The notes under the pieces were generated by a model. That model had not been told where the DNA came from and made no database searches. It was given only the letters and a program-made list of their open reading frames with translations. Position numbers and translations under genes: made by a program. From positions 1-52,313 of IMG/VR virus record IMGVR_UViG_3300028024_000013: a stretch of DNA of 52,313 nucleotides; one strand, 5' to 3'. Below, piece by piece: positions 26,324 to 34,568 of the stretch (position 1 is the stretch's first letter; each line of letters starts with the position of its first letter). This DNA comes from a virus (taxonomy: Duplodnaviria > Caudoviricetes).

Positions 26324-26527
26324 ATGCTCATACTCACAAGACGGACTGGCGAGACGATCATGATCGGCGACGAAGTGACGCTGACGGTGTTGGGTGTCAA
26401 AGGCAACCAGGTGCGGCTTGGGATCAACGCGCCGAAGAGCGTGCCGGTACACCGTGAAGAGATCTACGAACGCATCAAGCGCGAGTTGCGGGGCGACGTG
26501 ACTGACAACGTGACAGGAACACGATAG
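26324..26527 (+). CDS. csrA: Carbon storage regulator CsrA/RsmA RNA-binding protein
   Basis: [48 protein letters not shown] is near-canonical CsrA. Confidence 0.97.
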   Translation: MLILTRRTGETIMIGDEVTLTVLGVKGNQVRLGINAPKSVPVHREEIYERIKRELRGDVTDNVTGTR

Positions 26528-26531
26528 CGCC

Positions 26532-27086
26532 ATGAAACTGGCTGGGTTCCGCTGCGGCCATCCGTACACACCAGAGAACATGGTCACTGTTCGTGGGCGC
26601 TTCCATTATTGCCGTCTCTGCAACCGACAGCGCGCCAACCGCCGCTATCGAAGCTTGAACCCGGGCGCGAAACAGAGATCCTATCTCACGCTCGATGACA
26701 AGCTATTGGCGCTGGTGAAGAAAACCCCAAGTCACTGGCTGTGGCAAGGCCCAATGCGCGATGGATCGCAGGCGGTGTGCACGCACGACAATGAATTCTA
26801 TTCCGTCGTACAAGTTTTTTGGGAGCGCGAGAACGGTCCAGTGCCTGACCGTAACTGTCTGTATCGAATCTGCACGATGTCGCGTTGTGTGCGGCCTCAA
26901 TGCCACTCGCCAGCAATTCGCGGCGCGCACCTGGTTGGCAGCGCGCGCGGGGTGCGCGGCAAGCCCATAGACCATATTTCAGAAGGCAGAGGCCGTCCGA
27001 TTTACGGGATGAGCCCAGAGGCCGCAGCCCTGCTCGGGTTGATCGACGACGAGCAATATCTCAGTCGCTATAAGGGGATTTCATGA
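26532..27086 (+). CDS. Degenerate HNH endonuclease-like protein with Zn-binding N-terminus
   Basis: CGHPYTPEN...CRLC; HWLWQG...NGPVP...CVRP; catalytic H/N positions look altered. Confidence 0.55.
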   Translation: MKLAGFRCGHPYTPENMVTVRGRFHYCRLCNRQRANRRYRSLNPGAKQRSYLTLDDKLLALVKKTPSHWLWQGPMRDGSQAVCTHDNEFYSVVQVFWERENGPVPDRNCLYRICTMSRCVRPQCHSPAIRGAHLVGSARGVRGKPIDHISEGRGRPIYGMSPEAAALLGLIDDEQYLSRYKGIS

Positions 27087-27337
27087 GTCCGCTGAGCACC
27101 GAAACGGTGACGTTCGATTTGAGCGAAGGCAACGAATGGGGTCGAGCGGTGTATGCCGCTCACGGAGGCCCGGAGCCCGGCAAGCCGCTAGAGGTGAACG
27201 GATGCCTAACGCCACTCCCAGAGGTGGGCAACACGCTGCTCGTCAAAGGCGGTGAACTATGGAAATTCACACGCGTGAAGTACTGGCACAACCCGCGTGA
27301 CGCATTCGAGGGGACTTTGGAGCGTATCAATGGCTGA
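27083..27337 (+). CDS. Hypothetical protein
   Basis: 84 aa, coupled ORF. Confidence 0.55.
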   Translation: MSPLSTETVTFDLSEGNEWGRAVYAAHGGPEPGKPLEVNGCLTPLPEVGNTLLVKGGELWKFTRVKYWHNPRDAFEGTLERING

Positions 27338-27524
27338 GCCACTGTCCACTGATCCCGTGATGGTCGAGCACGTGCCAGTACCGCGCAAAGCGCTCGACGA
27401 TCTGCAGGCGGCTCTTCGGTTCCTCGAATGGGCTGAGACGCAAGGCGTAGGTGGCGGCGCGACTCCTACTCGACTCGCCTCACAATGGCTGCAATCAATC
27501 GGCAAGGAGATTTTCCGTGGCTGA
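27330..27524 (+). CDS. Hypothetical protein
   Basis: ATG at 27330 with GGAG RBS. Confidence 0.45.
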   Translation: MAEPLSTDPVMVEHVPVPRKALDDLQAALRFLEWAETQGVGGGATPTRLASQWLQSIGKEIFRG

Positions 27525-27783
27525 TCGGTCTGCAGAGAATGACCTCGTTCGAGAACTGCGCGAAGCGTACCCAGCGCTGTACTACAACGAGACCAACCTG
27601 GAACGGCGCGCCGCCGCTGAGATCGAGCGCCTGCGCACCTCTATCGATCGCGTACACAGTGCGCGTCTTGCATGGGCCATGTCGTGTCAATGCACCTGCG
27701 CGTCGTGCGATGCGTTCTATGAGTTCGTCAGGGACACGCTGCCTGACTGCTCACCGGCCGATGTGTCACCGCCTCAGGAATGA
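27517..27783 (+). CDS. Hypothetical protein (AAAEIERLR motif)
   Basis: AGGAG RBS, GTG at 27517; DLVRELR...AAAEIERLR. Confidence 0.55.
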   Translation: MADRSAENDLVRELREAYPALYYNETNLERRAAAEIERLRTSIDRVHSARLAWAMSCQCTCASCDAFYEFVRDTLPDCSPADVSPPQE

Positions 27784-27960
27784 ATATGCGAGCAAACCAA
27801 ACACAGGAGATTTGCAGCCATGCACACGCAGTCTGCCGACGACTTGATCGGCACTGCCCTGAAATGGGCACCAAAATAAACTATGAATTGCAATTCGATG
27901 TGATGGAAGCCGGCGGTTGGCTCGCAGCCGCCGGACTTCCTGTCACAAGGGGATGACCTC

Positions 27961-28188
27961 ATGGCTATCGTGACCATCAAGACAAAACCGTTCCGCTATT
28001 CGAACTTTGTACATCTGCCGATTCCGGACCTGCCGGGACAAGCCGGATCGGAGTTCGCGGTGGATGTCGGCCACGCATTCCCGACAGATGAAGACGCCGC
28101 CAGGTACTGGGAAGAGGCGAAGGCCGGATGGATCAAGCACGTCGCAGAGCGACGAGCTGCACTTACGCACAGTGGCGAGCTGAAGTGA
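27961..28188 (+). CDS. Hypothetical protein
   Basis: 75 aa, RBS present. Confidence 0.55.
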   Translation: MAIVTIKTKPFRYSNFVHLPIPDLPGQAGSEFAVDVGHAFPTDEDAARYWEEAKAGWIKHVAERRAALTHSGELK

Positions 28189-28195
28189 GCGAGAC

Positions 28196-28369
28196 ATGAA
28201 ACGCAATCGGGTCTACGTCATTGAGACGAAGGTACAGATCGGCTGGGTTCCGTGGGGCTCTCCCATGGGCAACCGTAACTACCGCTGGGCGCAGGAGAGC
28301 AAGCGGGCGTGTGAGGCGACGTACCCGAAAGAGAAGTTCCGCGTCGTCCGATACGAGAGCACAAGGTAG
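28196..28369 (+). CDS. Hypothetical protein (57 aa, not in ORF track)
   Basis: MKRNRVYVIETK...KFRVVRYESTR; fills the gap in the operon. Confidence 0.45.
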   Translation: MKRNRVYVIETKVQIGWVPWGSPMGNRNYRWAQESKRACEATYPKEKFRVVRYESTR

Positions 28370-28377
28370 ATGGGACG

Positions 28378-28593
28378 GTGAACATGTTGACCGAGACTGA
28401 AGCTCTGGACCTGATCCGCAAGGCGCTGCGCATTCACGACGCTGAGCGGCCGGTCCCCACGCATGTCACTCCGGAACAGGCGGCCGAGATGCTCGACGTC
28501 AGCCCGCGCACGATCCGTCGCATGAAGCTGCCACGGAACGACGTAGGCAAGATTCCCTACCGTGCGATCGTCGAAGCGCTGGCGGCCAAGTGA
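28378..28593 (+). CDS. xis: Excisionase-like HTH protein
   Basis: VTPEQAAEMLDVSPRTIRR; convergent with and overlapping the integrase 3' end. Confidence 0.7.
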   Translation: MNMLTETEALDLIRKALRIHDAERPVPTHVTPEQAAEMLDVSPRTIRRMKLPRNDVGKIPYRAIVEALAAK

Positions 28594-29597
28594 TTGGACC
28601 ACCACTGCATCATCAGGCGCCGCTCATCCAGGTACTCGGCGCGATGGTAGGCGCTGCGGACCTCGTCCGTCTCCTTGTGCGCAAGCTGCCTCTCGATGGC
28701 ATCCTTGCGCCACCTGCCCTCTTCGTTGAGCACGGTCGAGGCCACCGAACGAAAGCCATGCCCTGTCATCCGGCCTCGATAGCCAAGCCGGTAAAGCGCG
28801 AACAGCAGCGTGTTATTGCTGATGCATGTAGTAGTGACGGTGCGCGATGGCAGGACGAACGGGCATTCGTCGGTCATCGGCCGCAGTCCGTCCAGAATTG
28901 CTCGCGTGTGCGTCGAGATCGGCACCACGTGCGGCACGCCCAGCTTCATGCGTTCGCCGGGGATGACCCACACGTCATCGCGAAACTCTTCCCAGCGGGC
29001 GCCAATGAGTTCAGATGTGCGGACGAACGTGTGCGCCATCAGGAGAAGCCCGGAGCGCGTAACCGGCTCCGGGTAACTCTGGATCGCTCGCATCAGATCC
29101 GGCAGTTCTTCGGGCCGTACGGCCGCCATGTGCTTGTGCTCGGCGCGCGGGAGCACGCGCGAGAGGCCGGCAGCAGGATGGGATTCGATGTCGCCGTGGT
29201 CGATGGCGTGATCGAAGATCGCGCGTATGCGCTGACCAACTCGGTGCGCGGTTTCGACCTTGCCCGCTTCAGCCAGGCTCGTGACGACCTTGATCAGATC
29301 CTTGCGCTTGATTTCGGTGAGCTTCCGGTGGCCGAGTTCTGGCAGCACGTGGTCGCGGATGCTCTGCTCCATCGTGCGCTGATTGACCGCGTTCTCAACC
29401 TGCGGGAGCTTCCATTTCAGCCAGCGCTCAGCGGCCGCTTCGAAGGTGAGATCGGAGACGCCGGACTCGAGCTCGCGCTCCCTGCGCATCGCCCAGTTTT
29501 CGGCCTCGCGCTTCGTCCGGCAGAGTTTCGAATCGCGCTGCCCTTTGACGTAGACGTGCGCGCGGTAACCATCCTTGTGTCGGACGATCGATCCCAC
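28557..29597 (-). CDS. int: Tyrosine integrase (P4-like catalytic domain)
   Basis: TFVRTSE, GHGFRS, IERQLAH, RSAYHRAEY: R-H-R-H-Y catalytic residues. Confidence 0.95.
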   Translation of the reverse strand: MGSIVRHKDGYRAHVYVKGQRDSKLCRTKREAENWAMRRERELESGVSDLTFEAAAERWLKWKLPQVENAVNQRTMEQSIRDHVLPELGHRKLTEIKRKDLIKVVTSLAEAGKVETAHRVGQRIRAIFDHAIDHGDIESHPAAGLSRVLPRAEHKHMAAVRPEELPDLMRAIQSYPEPVTRSGLLLMAHTFVRTSELIGARWEEFRDDVWVIPGERMKLGVPHVVPISTHTRAILDGLRPMTDECPFVLPSRTVTTTCISNNTLLFALYRLGYRGRMTGHGFRSVASTVLNEEGRWRKDAIERQLAHKETDEVRSAYHRAEYLDERRLMMQWWSNHLAASASTIAR

Positions 29598-29599
29598 CT

Positions 29600-29826
29600 G
29601 TGCGTAATCCCCCGGAAGTGCGTAGTTCGAGTGCGTAATCGTTGTCCGATGGTGGCATTGTGGTCTGGACAGAAACGGCCACGCAATACTGTGAATTTAG
29701 CCAAATGGCTTGATCTGGCCGCACATGCGAGGACAATAGCGGACAGCCTTGGCGGAAGGGGCGACCGCAACAATGAGCGGTTGTCCACGTGGTTCCAAGG
29801 ACGGAGTGCGTAATCCATGCGTAGCG
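29600..29826. other. attP: arm-type repeats flanking a tRNA-3'-end core
   Basis: (G/A)TGCGTA(A/G) at 29600, 29618, 29631, 29806 and 29817; core TGGCGGAAGGGGCG at 29750-29763 is the reverse complement of CGCCCCTTCCGCCA. Confidence 0.75.
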
Positions 29827-30035
29827 GGCTCAACGAAAAGCGTGTCGAGATGATTCGCACCTCCGGCCTTCCCGATTCACACTGGGCGCGCATCTGGCGC
29901 GTCCACACCCGTACGATCAACGAAGCCAGGCGGGGACTCACGTGGGCCGATCATCCGACGAAGCCGGATACGAAGCCGCGTGTGAAGGGCGGCGACTGGC
30001 GTGACTCACCTCCACCACAGGAAGCAAAGCCATGA
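29817..30035 (+). CDS. HNH-associated C-terminal HTH fragment
   Basis: LNEKRVEMIR...WARIWRVHTRTI...RGLTW.H; starts inside the attP arm. Confidence 0.45.
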   Translation: MRSGLNEKRVEMIRTSGLPDSHWARIWRVHTRTINEARRGLTWADHPTKPDTKPRVKGGDWRDSPPPQEAKP

Positions 30036-30548
30036 TGCGTCTATGGGTATTCCTGACATTCGTGTGGCGCGAGTCTCCCGGTGGAGGCCGTGTCAGCGTG
30101 CGGACCGCGTGGGATCTTGCGGGGATCTGGGCATGATCATGTGCGTACGAGCAGTATCGACTGAGTGCGATTGCGCCCAGAAGACCTGCACTCCTGAGAA
30201 CAACGCGGGACGTTACTGCTGGCGTTCAGGCTTTGCGATACCTGGGGGATACTTCGATGAACGAAACGCTGCGCCGAATTCTGTGGGACTACATCGAACT
30301 GCTGAACAGCCTGCCGCCCCAGACGGACACTGCGATGAAGGTTGCTGAGGCGTGTGCGTGCTACGAGCGGCTATCGGATAACTCATGAGCGCTTACGCAA
30401 AGAAGGTCCATTGCAAGACGGTGCTCACTGCCAGCGGTGCCTTCTGTGGCATTCGAGGCAAGGAGCTTCAGTTCACGCGGCCGGGCCATCGAGAGGAAAT
30501 AACGTGCAAGCTGTGTCTGATGTATTTCCCGTCGCGGAGTAAGCGCTC

Positions 30549-30965
30549 ATGACAAACGAGCGGAGTATCGAATCGGTGATCCTGCACGCCAAGGGTCTGG
30601 TCACCGAGGCCGAAGAGGATGACGGCTGGGTCATGATCGCGGCAGGACTGCTGTCCATGCTGCTCGGGGAGTTCGAGCGACTGCGCGCCGCTCACGAACC
30701 GGCCGCAGGATGGAATGCCGTGTCCTCTGGACCGGTACATCCTGACGTCGCTGCGGCATGGCCGGGCGCTGATCAGCCGTTTGTCCCTGCGTGGGAATCG
30801 GAGCCCGCTGTCGAACCGGAAGCGCGTCCTACCGACGACGCTAACTTGGAGTTCGGCTATCCATGCGCCAAATGCGGCGAGCGCTTCCGCGAGGCCGACT
30901 TCCGTCGACGGCACGAAAGCTTTTGCAGAGTCGAAGTGAACCGGGAAGGAAAGCATGCTCCGTAA
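30549..30965 (+). CDS. Hypothetical protein with C-terminal Zn finger
   Basis: CAKCGERF...RRHESFC. Confidence 0.5.
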   Translation: MTNERSIESVILHAKGLVTEAEEDDGWVMIAAGLLSMLLGEFERLRAAHEPAAGWNAVSSGPVHPDVAAAWPGADQPFVPAWESEPAVEPEARPTDDANLEFGYPCAKCGERFREADFRRRHESFCRVEVNREGKHAP

Positions 30966-31107
30966 ATCGATAAAAATGTTCAGGCGTCAGTGTGTCGACG
31001 GGGTCGGTACCGGCAAACACTACGAGCGAGTACACCGTGAAACGTGGTGGCTATTCTGGATCATCCCGCTGTACTCACGCGACACGATTGTCGCTCACAA
31101 CATGTGA
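30955..31107 (+). CDS. Small hypothetical protein (50 aa)
   Basis: ...TWWLFWIIPLYS... motif; overlaps the upstream stop. Confidence 0.45.
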   Translation: MLRKSIKMFRRQCVDGVGTGKHYERVHRETWWLFWIIPLYSRDTIVAHNM

Positions 31108-31172
31108 GAACCACAGCGGAGCATGAATGAACACTCACGAAGGCCGGAGGCGATTGCTGAAAGATGAACGTC

Positions 31173-31316
31173 ATGTCTGATATCTATGCATGGTGGGCCC
31201 GCAACTATTGGATCGATGCAGTGATCATGCTCATCGCCACGATCGCCGTGTTAGGGCCCGAGATAAAGCGGGAGATACGGGAAAGGCGCACTCAGCGGGG
31301 GTCAGGTGGCGATTAG
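31173..31316 (+). CDS. Small membrane protein (47 aa)
   Basis: WIDAVIMLIATIAVLG TM followed by a basic tail. Confidence 0.4.
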   Translation: MSDIYAWWARNYWIDAVIMLIATIAVLGPEIKREIRERRTQRGSGGD

Positions 31317-31557
31317 GCTTCGTACCGTTGGAGACGTGCGTGTAGCGCTTTGCGCGGTCGAGAGCGACGAAATGCCGGGGGACGTGTATCTAGACGATGG
31401 CGACCACTATGCCCTCGCTGCGAAGTTCTGCCGCGATTGGAGTGGGCAAGTTTGCGATTGGCGCTATCCACCGGAGTGGAGCGCGATGGATACACAGAAG
31501 GTACGCGACGCGGAAACAGAACTTGAGTCCGCTCTGCGTCGAACAGGTGAGCTATGA
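31306..31557 (+). CDS. Hypothetical protein
   Basis: VALCA.E...GDVYLDD..HYALAAKF, a recurrent phage motif. Confidence 0.6.
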   Translation: MAIRLRTVGDVRVALCAVESDEMPGDVYLDDGDHYALAAKFCRDWSGQVCDWRYPPEWSAMDTQKVRDAETELESALRRTGEL

Positions 31558-31757
31558 ACTCCACGGACATGAAATTGCCATGGCCTGTCACGCCGAAAAA
31601 GCGATTGAGCGGAGTGGATATGCTCCGCGAGCGAGCCAAAGAATTGAGGGAAAAAGCGGACTGCTTAGATGCGTTGGCTGCGGAGTTTCAGTATACGCAG
31701 CTACATCCAGAAATTGACCGGCATCTGAAAACGCTCGCACAGATGCTCACCCGATAG
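31554..31757 (+). CDS. Hypothetical protein
   Basis: 67 aa, ATGA overlap. Confidence 0.5.
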   Translation: MNSTDMKLPWPVTPKKRLSGVDMLRERAKELREKADCLDALAAEFQYTQLHPEIDRHLKTLAQMLTR

Positions 31758-31765
31758 CTGAGGAT

Positions 31766-31948
31766 GTGAATATGACCGACGAGTTCACAGGCAAAGGCAA
31801 GATCACGATTCCACTTGGGGAACCGATTCAGGTGACCGGCCGATTCAGCCCGAGAACGAAAGAAATCATCTTCGACAAGCCTGTCGAGATTCCTTCTGGT
31901 GGCACGTTTGAGCTTGGTGAGATGACAGTAATCCGAGGGCCGGAGTAG
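31766..31948 (+). CDS. Hypothetical protein
   Basis: 60 aa, GAGG RBS. Confidence 0.45.
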   Translation: MNMTDEFTGKGKITIPLGEPIQVTGRFSPRTKEIIFDKPVEIPSGGTFELGEMTVIRGPE

Positions 31949-31951
31949 AAC

Positions 31952-32027
31952 AGGGCCGTTCGTTCGTACGCCATCCAGGCTGTGATCTGCCCCCCAGATT
32001 ACAGTGCGCCAGCGGACGGGCGGTCCT
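31952..32027 (+). ncRNA. Candidate structured RNA leader upstream of GNAT
   Basis: 16-bp outer stem with multiple G-U pairs, plus a 10-bp inner stem with a C5 loop. Confidence 0.5.
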
Positions 32028-32080
32028 TCTGAAGTAGGATGAGTCGAGAGAACAAGAATACAACAAGGGAGAAGTCGACG

Positions 32081-33049
32081 ATGACTCAGGCAACGTGGAA
32101 GCTCTACCCGGTCCGTGAGTTCGGAAAGTTCGCGAAGGACTGGGATTATCTCAACGGACACAAACTCCCCTGGCTGACCTCGGCCTCCGTTCAGGTGCTG
32201 CTGAAGCACTTCGGCGGACGGCAGAAGCTCGCGGTGTATGCGAGCGACCGTGGGGTTGGCGCGATGGCGATCCTTGAACGCACGGGGCTGAGCTCATGGC
32301 AGACGTGGCAGCCCTCGCAGTGTCCAACATCCCTGTGGGTGCAGCCCTTTGATGCGAACTTCGAGGGGCTCGTGGATGGACTACGCGAGAAGCTCGGCAC
32401 GTACGTACTCGGCGTGACGCAGGTGGACCCGGACATGTATGCCCGGCCGGGCGGGTCGATGGACTACATCCAGACGGCACGGATTACGGTGGGGGATTCG
32501 TTCGAAGAGTACTGGGCGGGACGGGGGAAGAATCTCAGGCAGGATCTGCCGAACCAGTTGCGCAAGCTCGAGCGCGAAGGGATACCGGGGCGACTCGTGA
32601 TCAGTCGCGATCCGGACAGCGTGGACCTGTACGGCGAGATTGAATCGAAGGGATGGAAAGGCGCAACGGCGGTGTCACCCGACAATGCGCAGGGAAAGTT
32701 CTACCGTGAATGGCTGCCAGCGATCGGGGGCTTCACGGCCCTCTACTACTTCGGCAACCGGCTGGCCGCCTGTGACCTCTGTGTGGAGCAGGACTGCCAG
32801 TTGACGATCCTGAAGACGACGCACAACGAGGCGCTCAAGGGCTACTCGGCGGCGCATCTGCTGCGGTATGAGCTTTTCAGGCAGAGATGGCCGGAGTTAC
32901 ACCGGATCGAGTTCTTCGGGCGGGTGAGCTGGCATACGAAGTGGACGGATGAAGTGCGTACGATGTATCACTTCAATTCGTATCGGTGGGAGTGGGTGCG
33001 GGCGGTGTTTGATATGCTCAAACCTCAGCGCGCGGAGACAAGTACGTGA
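32081..33049 (+). CDS. GNAT N-acetyltransferase, CelD/BcsL (Acetyltransf_6)-like
   Basis: SFEEYWAGRGKNLRQDL...RKLEREG...IESKGWKG...LKTTHNE...YSAAHLLR...IEFFG...KWT. Confidence 0.8.
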   Translation: MTQATWKLYPVREFGKFAKDWDYLNGHKLPWLTSASVQVLLKHFGGRQKLAVYASDRGVGAMAILERTGLSSWQTWQPSQCPTSLWVQPFDANFEGLVDGLREKLGTYVLGVTQVDPDMYARPGGSMDYIQTARITVGDSFEEYWAGRGKNLRQDLPNQLRKLEREGIPGRLVISRDPDSVDLYGEIESKGWKGATAVSPDNAQGKFYREWLPAIGGFTALYYFGNRLAACDLCVEQDCQLTILKTTHNEALKGYSAAHLLRYELFRQRWPELHRIEFFGRVSWHTKWTDEVRTMYHFNSYRWEWVRAVFDMLKPQRAETST

Positions 33050-33441
33050 CGAATCCGGACTCTGTGCACGAACAGATGCTGAAGGCGTTTCGCATTTTTT
33101 GTCCGGTATGGCCGCAGACCGAGTGGCATATCGAGGTGAGATATAACACCGATCTCGATGCCGTGCAGTACACCGCGCATGCCCATGGGCCGTGGGATAG
33201 AAAGGCGAAGGTATACGGGAAGGAAGCGAAGTTCGGAACGCTTGGAGAGGCTGTTGAGTGGCTAGGGAAGGAACTGAAGGTCCATCATCGGTTTGTGCCG
33301 CGTTCGCTGCCCGGCTCTGATTCGACATGCCACGAGTGCGGCCTGCCGGCAGGAAACCCTATCCACGTAAACCGATCAGCGCTGACTCACCGAAATGAAG
33401 AACCCCCAGCCCAGCACGACGAAAAACAGACCCGCGCATGA
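33046..33441 (+). CDS. Hypothetical protein
   Basis: 131 aa; C-terminal HRF...CHECG...NPIH Zn motif. Confidence 0.5.
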   Translation: MTNPDSVHEQMLKAFRIFCPVWPQTEWHIEVRYNTDLDAVQYTAHAHGPWDRKAKVYGKEAKFGTLGEAVEWLGKELKVHHRFVPRSLPGSDSTCHECGLPAGNPIHVNRSALTHRNEEPPAQHDEKQTRA

Positions 33442-33623
33442 TGGCAACACACAACGCAAAGCCTGACCGTAATGCCGGACTGGTCAAGGACCGGGATGCG
33501 GGGTTGACCTATGTGGCGATAGCCGAGAAGTACGGCATCACGGTCGAGCGTGCGCGATACATCTGGAAGAAGTCGAAGATGCAGGAACGACAGAAGGCAA
33601 GGAGCAGGTCAGGATCTACTTGA
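33438..33623 (+). CDS. Small HTH DNA-binding protein
   Basis: RNAGLVKDRDAGLTYVAIAEKYGITVERARYI. Confidence 0.65.
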   Translation: MMATHNAKPDRNAGLVKDRDAGLTYVAIAEKYGITVERARYIWKKSKMQERQKARSRSGST

Positions 33624-33759
33624 CCGGCAGCACTGAGAGCGCGACGACAACCCAGAGCAATGCCGTCCCTACCCAGAGCGGACACTTGCCAATGGCGTGC
33701 GCAATGATGGCGACCAGCGAGCCGACCAGAAACAGAACCGTGATGGTGAGTAGTGCCAT
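33616..33759 (-). CDS. 47-aa two-TM hydrophobic peptide at the end of the lysis cassette (not in ORF track)
   Basis: AGGAG RBS; MALLTITVLFLVGSLVAIIAHAIGKCPLWVGTALLWVVVALSVLPVK. Confidence 0.65.
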   Translation of the reverse strand: MALLTITVLFLVGSLVAIIAHAIGKCPLWVGTALLWVVVALSVLPVK

Positions 33760-33768
33760 GACCTGCTC

Positions 33769-34254
33769 CTAAAGCTGCGGTTGAAGCTGGGAAATCAACG
33801 CGTCGAGGGAATTGGCGTTCCCGATACATTCGTCGTGGGCTGCGACAAGTAGCTCTCTAACTTCTGCATCGCTTCCCGCTTGGCTGGTTTCAGGAGTTCT
33901 GGACTCACGACTGGCTTCGGGCACTCCAGCACTATCGGGGCAGGCTTGGGGACGGTGGAGCAGGCGGTCAGCGAGCTTGCGCACCCGATCACGATCAGCC
34001 ACGACAGAAGCAGTCTGGTCCTGTAGGTCACGGAGCACCTGCGCATTTGATTCAGAGATGTCACGGAGCTGCTTATAGCGCTGCTCCACGGCCTTTCGGG
34101 CGACGGCCTCACCAACGGCCTTCGCCTTCCAGTCCTCGGCTACCAGGCTGTCGTACTTCGATTGCCAGTGGCCTGAGCCGACTTTCCAGCCGCCACCGAA
34201 GATCGCGAGCACAAGCAGCAGGCCGGCACCGAGCTTGAGATAGAGAGAGGTCAT
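33769..34254 (-). CDS. Inner-membrane spanin (Rz-like)
   Basis: N-terminal TM plus coiled coil; follows holin and endolysin; contains an embedded lipoprotein gene. Confidence 0.8.
   Translation of the reverse strand: MTSLYLKLGAGLLLVLAIFGGGWKVGSGHWQSKYDSLVAEDWKAKAVGEAVARKAVEQRYKQLRDISESNAQVLRDLQDQTASVVADRDRVRKLADRLLHRPQACPDSAGVPEASRESRTPETSQAGSDAEVRELLVAAHDECIGNANSLDALISQLQPQL
33795..34046 (-). CDS. Outer-membrane spanin lipoprotein (Rz1-like), embedded in Rz
   Basis: Signal ending in lipobox LTAC, then Pro-rich CSTVPKPAPIVLECPKP; alternate frame within Rz; exact start uncertain. Confidence 0.75.
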   Translation of the reverse strand: MRRCSVTYRTRLLLSWLIVIGCASSLTACSTVPKPAPIVLECPKPVVSPELLKPAKREAMQKLESYLSQPTTNVSGTPIPSTR

Positions 34255-34568
34255 GGCGTTGGTGTCGTTGTATTGGTGGTCACGGTCGTTGCCTGCGTAG
34301 TTGAACTTGCGGTCTGCGACCAGTCACGGCCGGCGTCGCTGTAGATCTTGTAGACCCACGTTCCAAGGCCTGTCACCGCCGTAATGACCACGCTCGTCAT
34401 GCCGGAGGCTTCGAGTCCTCGGGCGGCGGCCGGCAGCGCGAAGTACCAGTGCAGGATTTCACCGACCACGTGCGCGAGCCACCAGCAGTACATGAACAGG
34501 ATGAGTCGGGGGACGACGCGCCAGTTATCGAATATTTCAGCAGCATCCAGCCAGCGTTGCTTGTTCAC
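34251..34568 (-). CDS. Putative holin (2 TM)
   Basis: DNWRVVPRLILFMYCWW plus a second TM; between endolysin and spanin. Confidence 0.6.
   Translation of the reverse strand: MNKQRWLDAAEIFDNWRVVPRLILFMYCWWLAHVVGEILHWYFALPAAARGLEASGMTSVVITAVTGLGTWVYKIYSDAGRDWSQTASSTTQATTVTTNTTTPTP

Noticed and set aside
29750-29763. Possible tRNA gene
   Set aside because: Only the last ~14 nt of a tRNA are present, with no T-arm or cloverleaf; interpreted as the att core.
28590-29813. 407-aa + strand ORF
   Set aside because: Antisense shadow of the integrase and attP. The same applies to the many long shadow ORFs opposite structural genes (e.g. 454-1263, 8706-9626, 13236-14177, 50174-50878).
30001-30545. ORFs 30001-30348 and 30342-30542
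   Set aside because: Poor starts and no motifs; the region probably holds several very short genes whose frames I cannot assign reliably.
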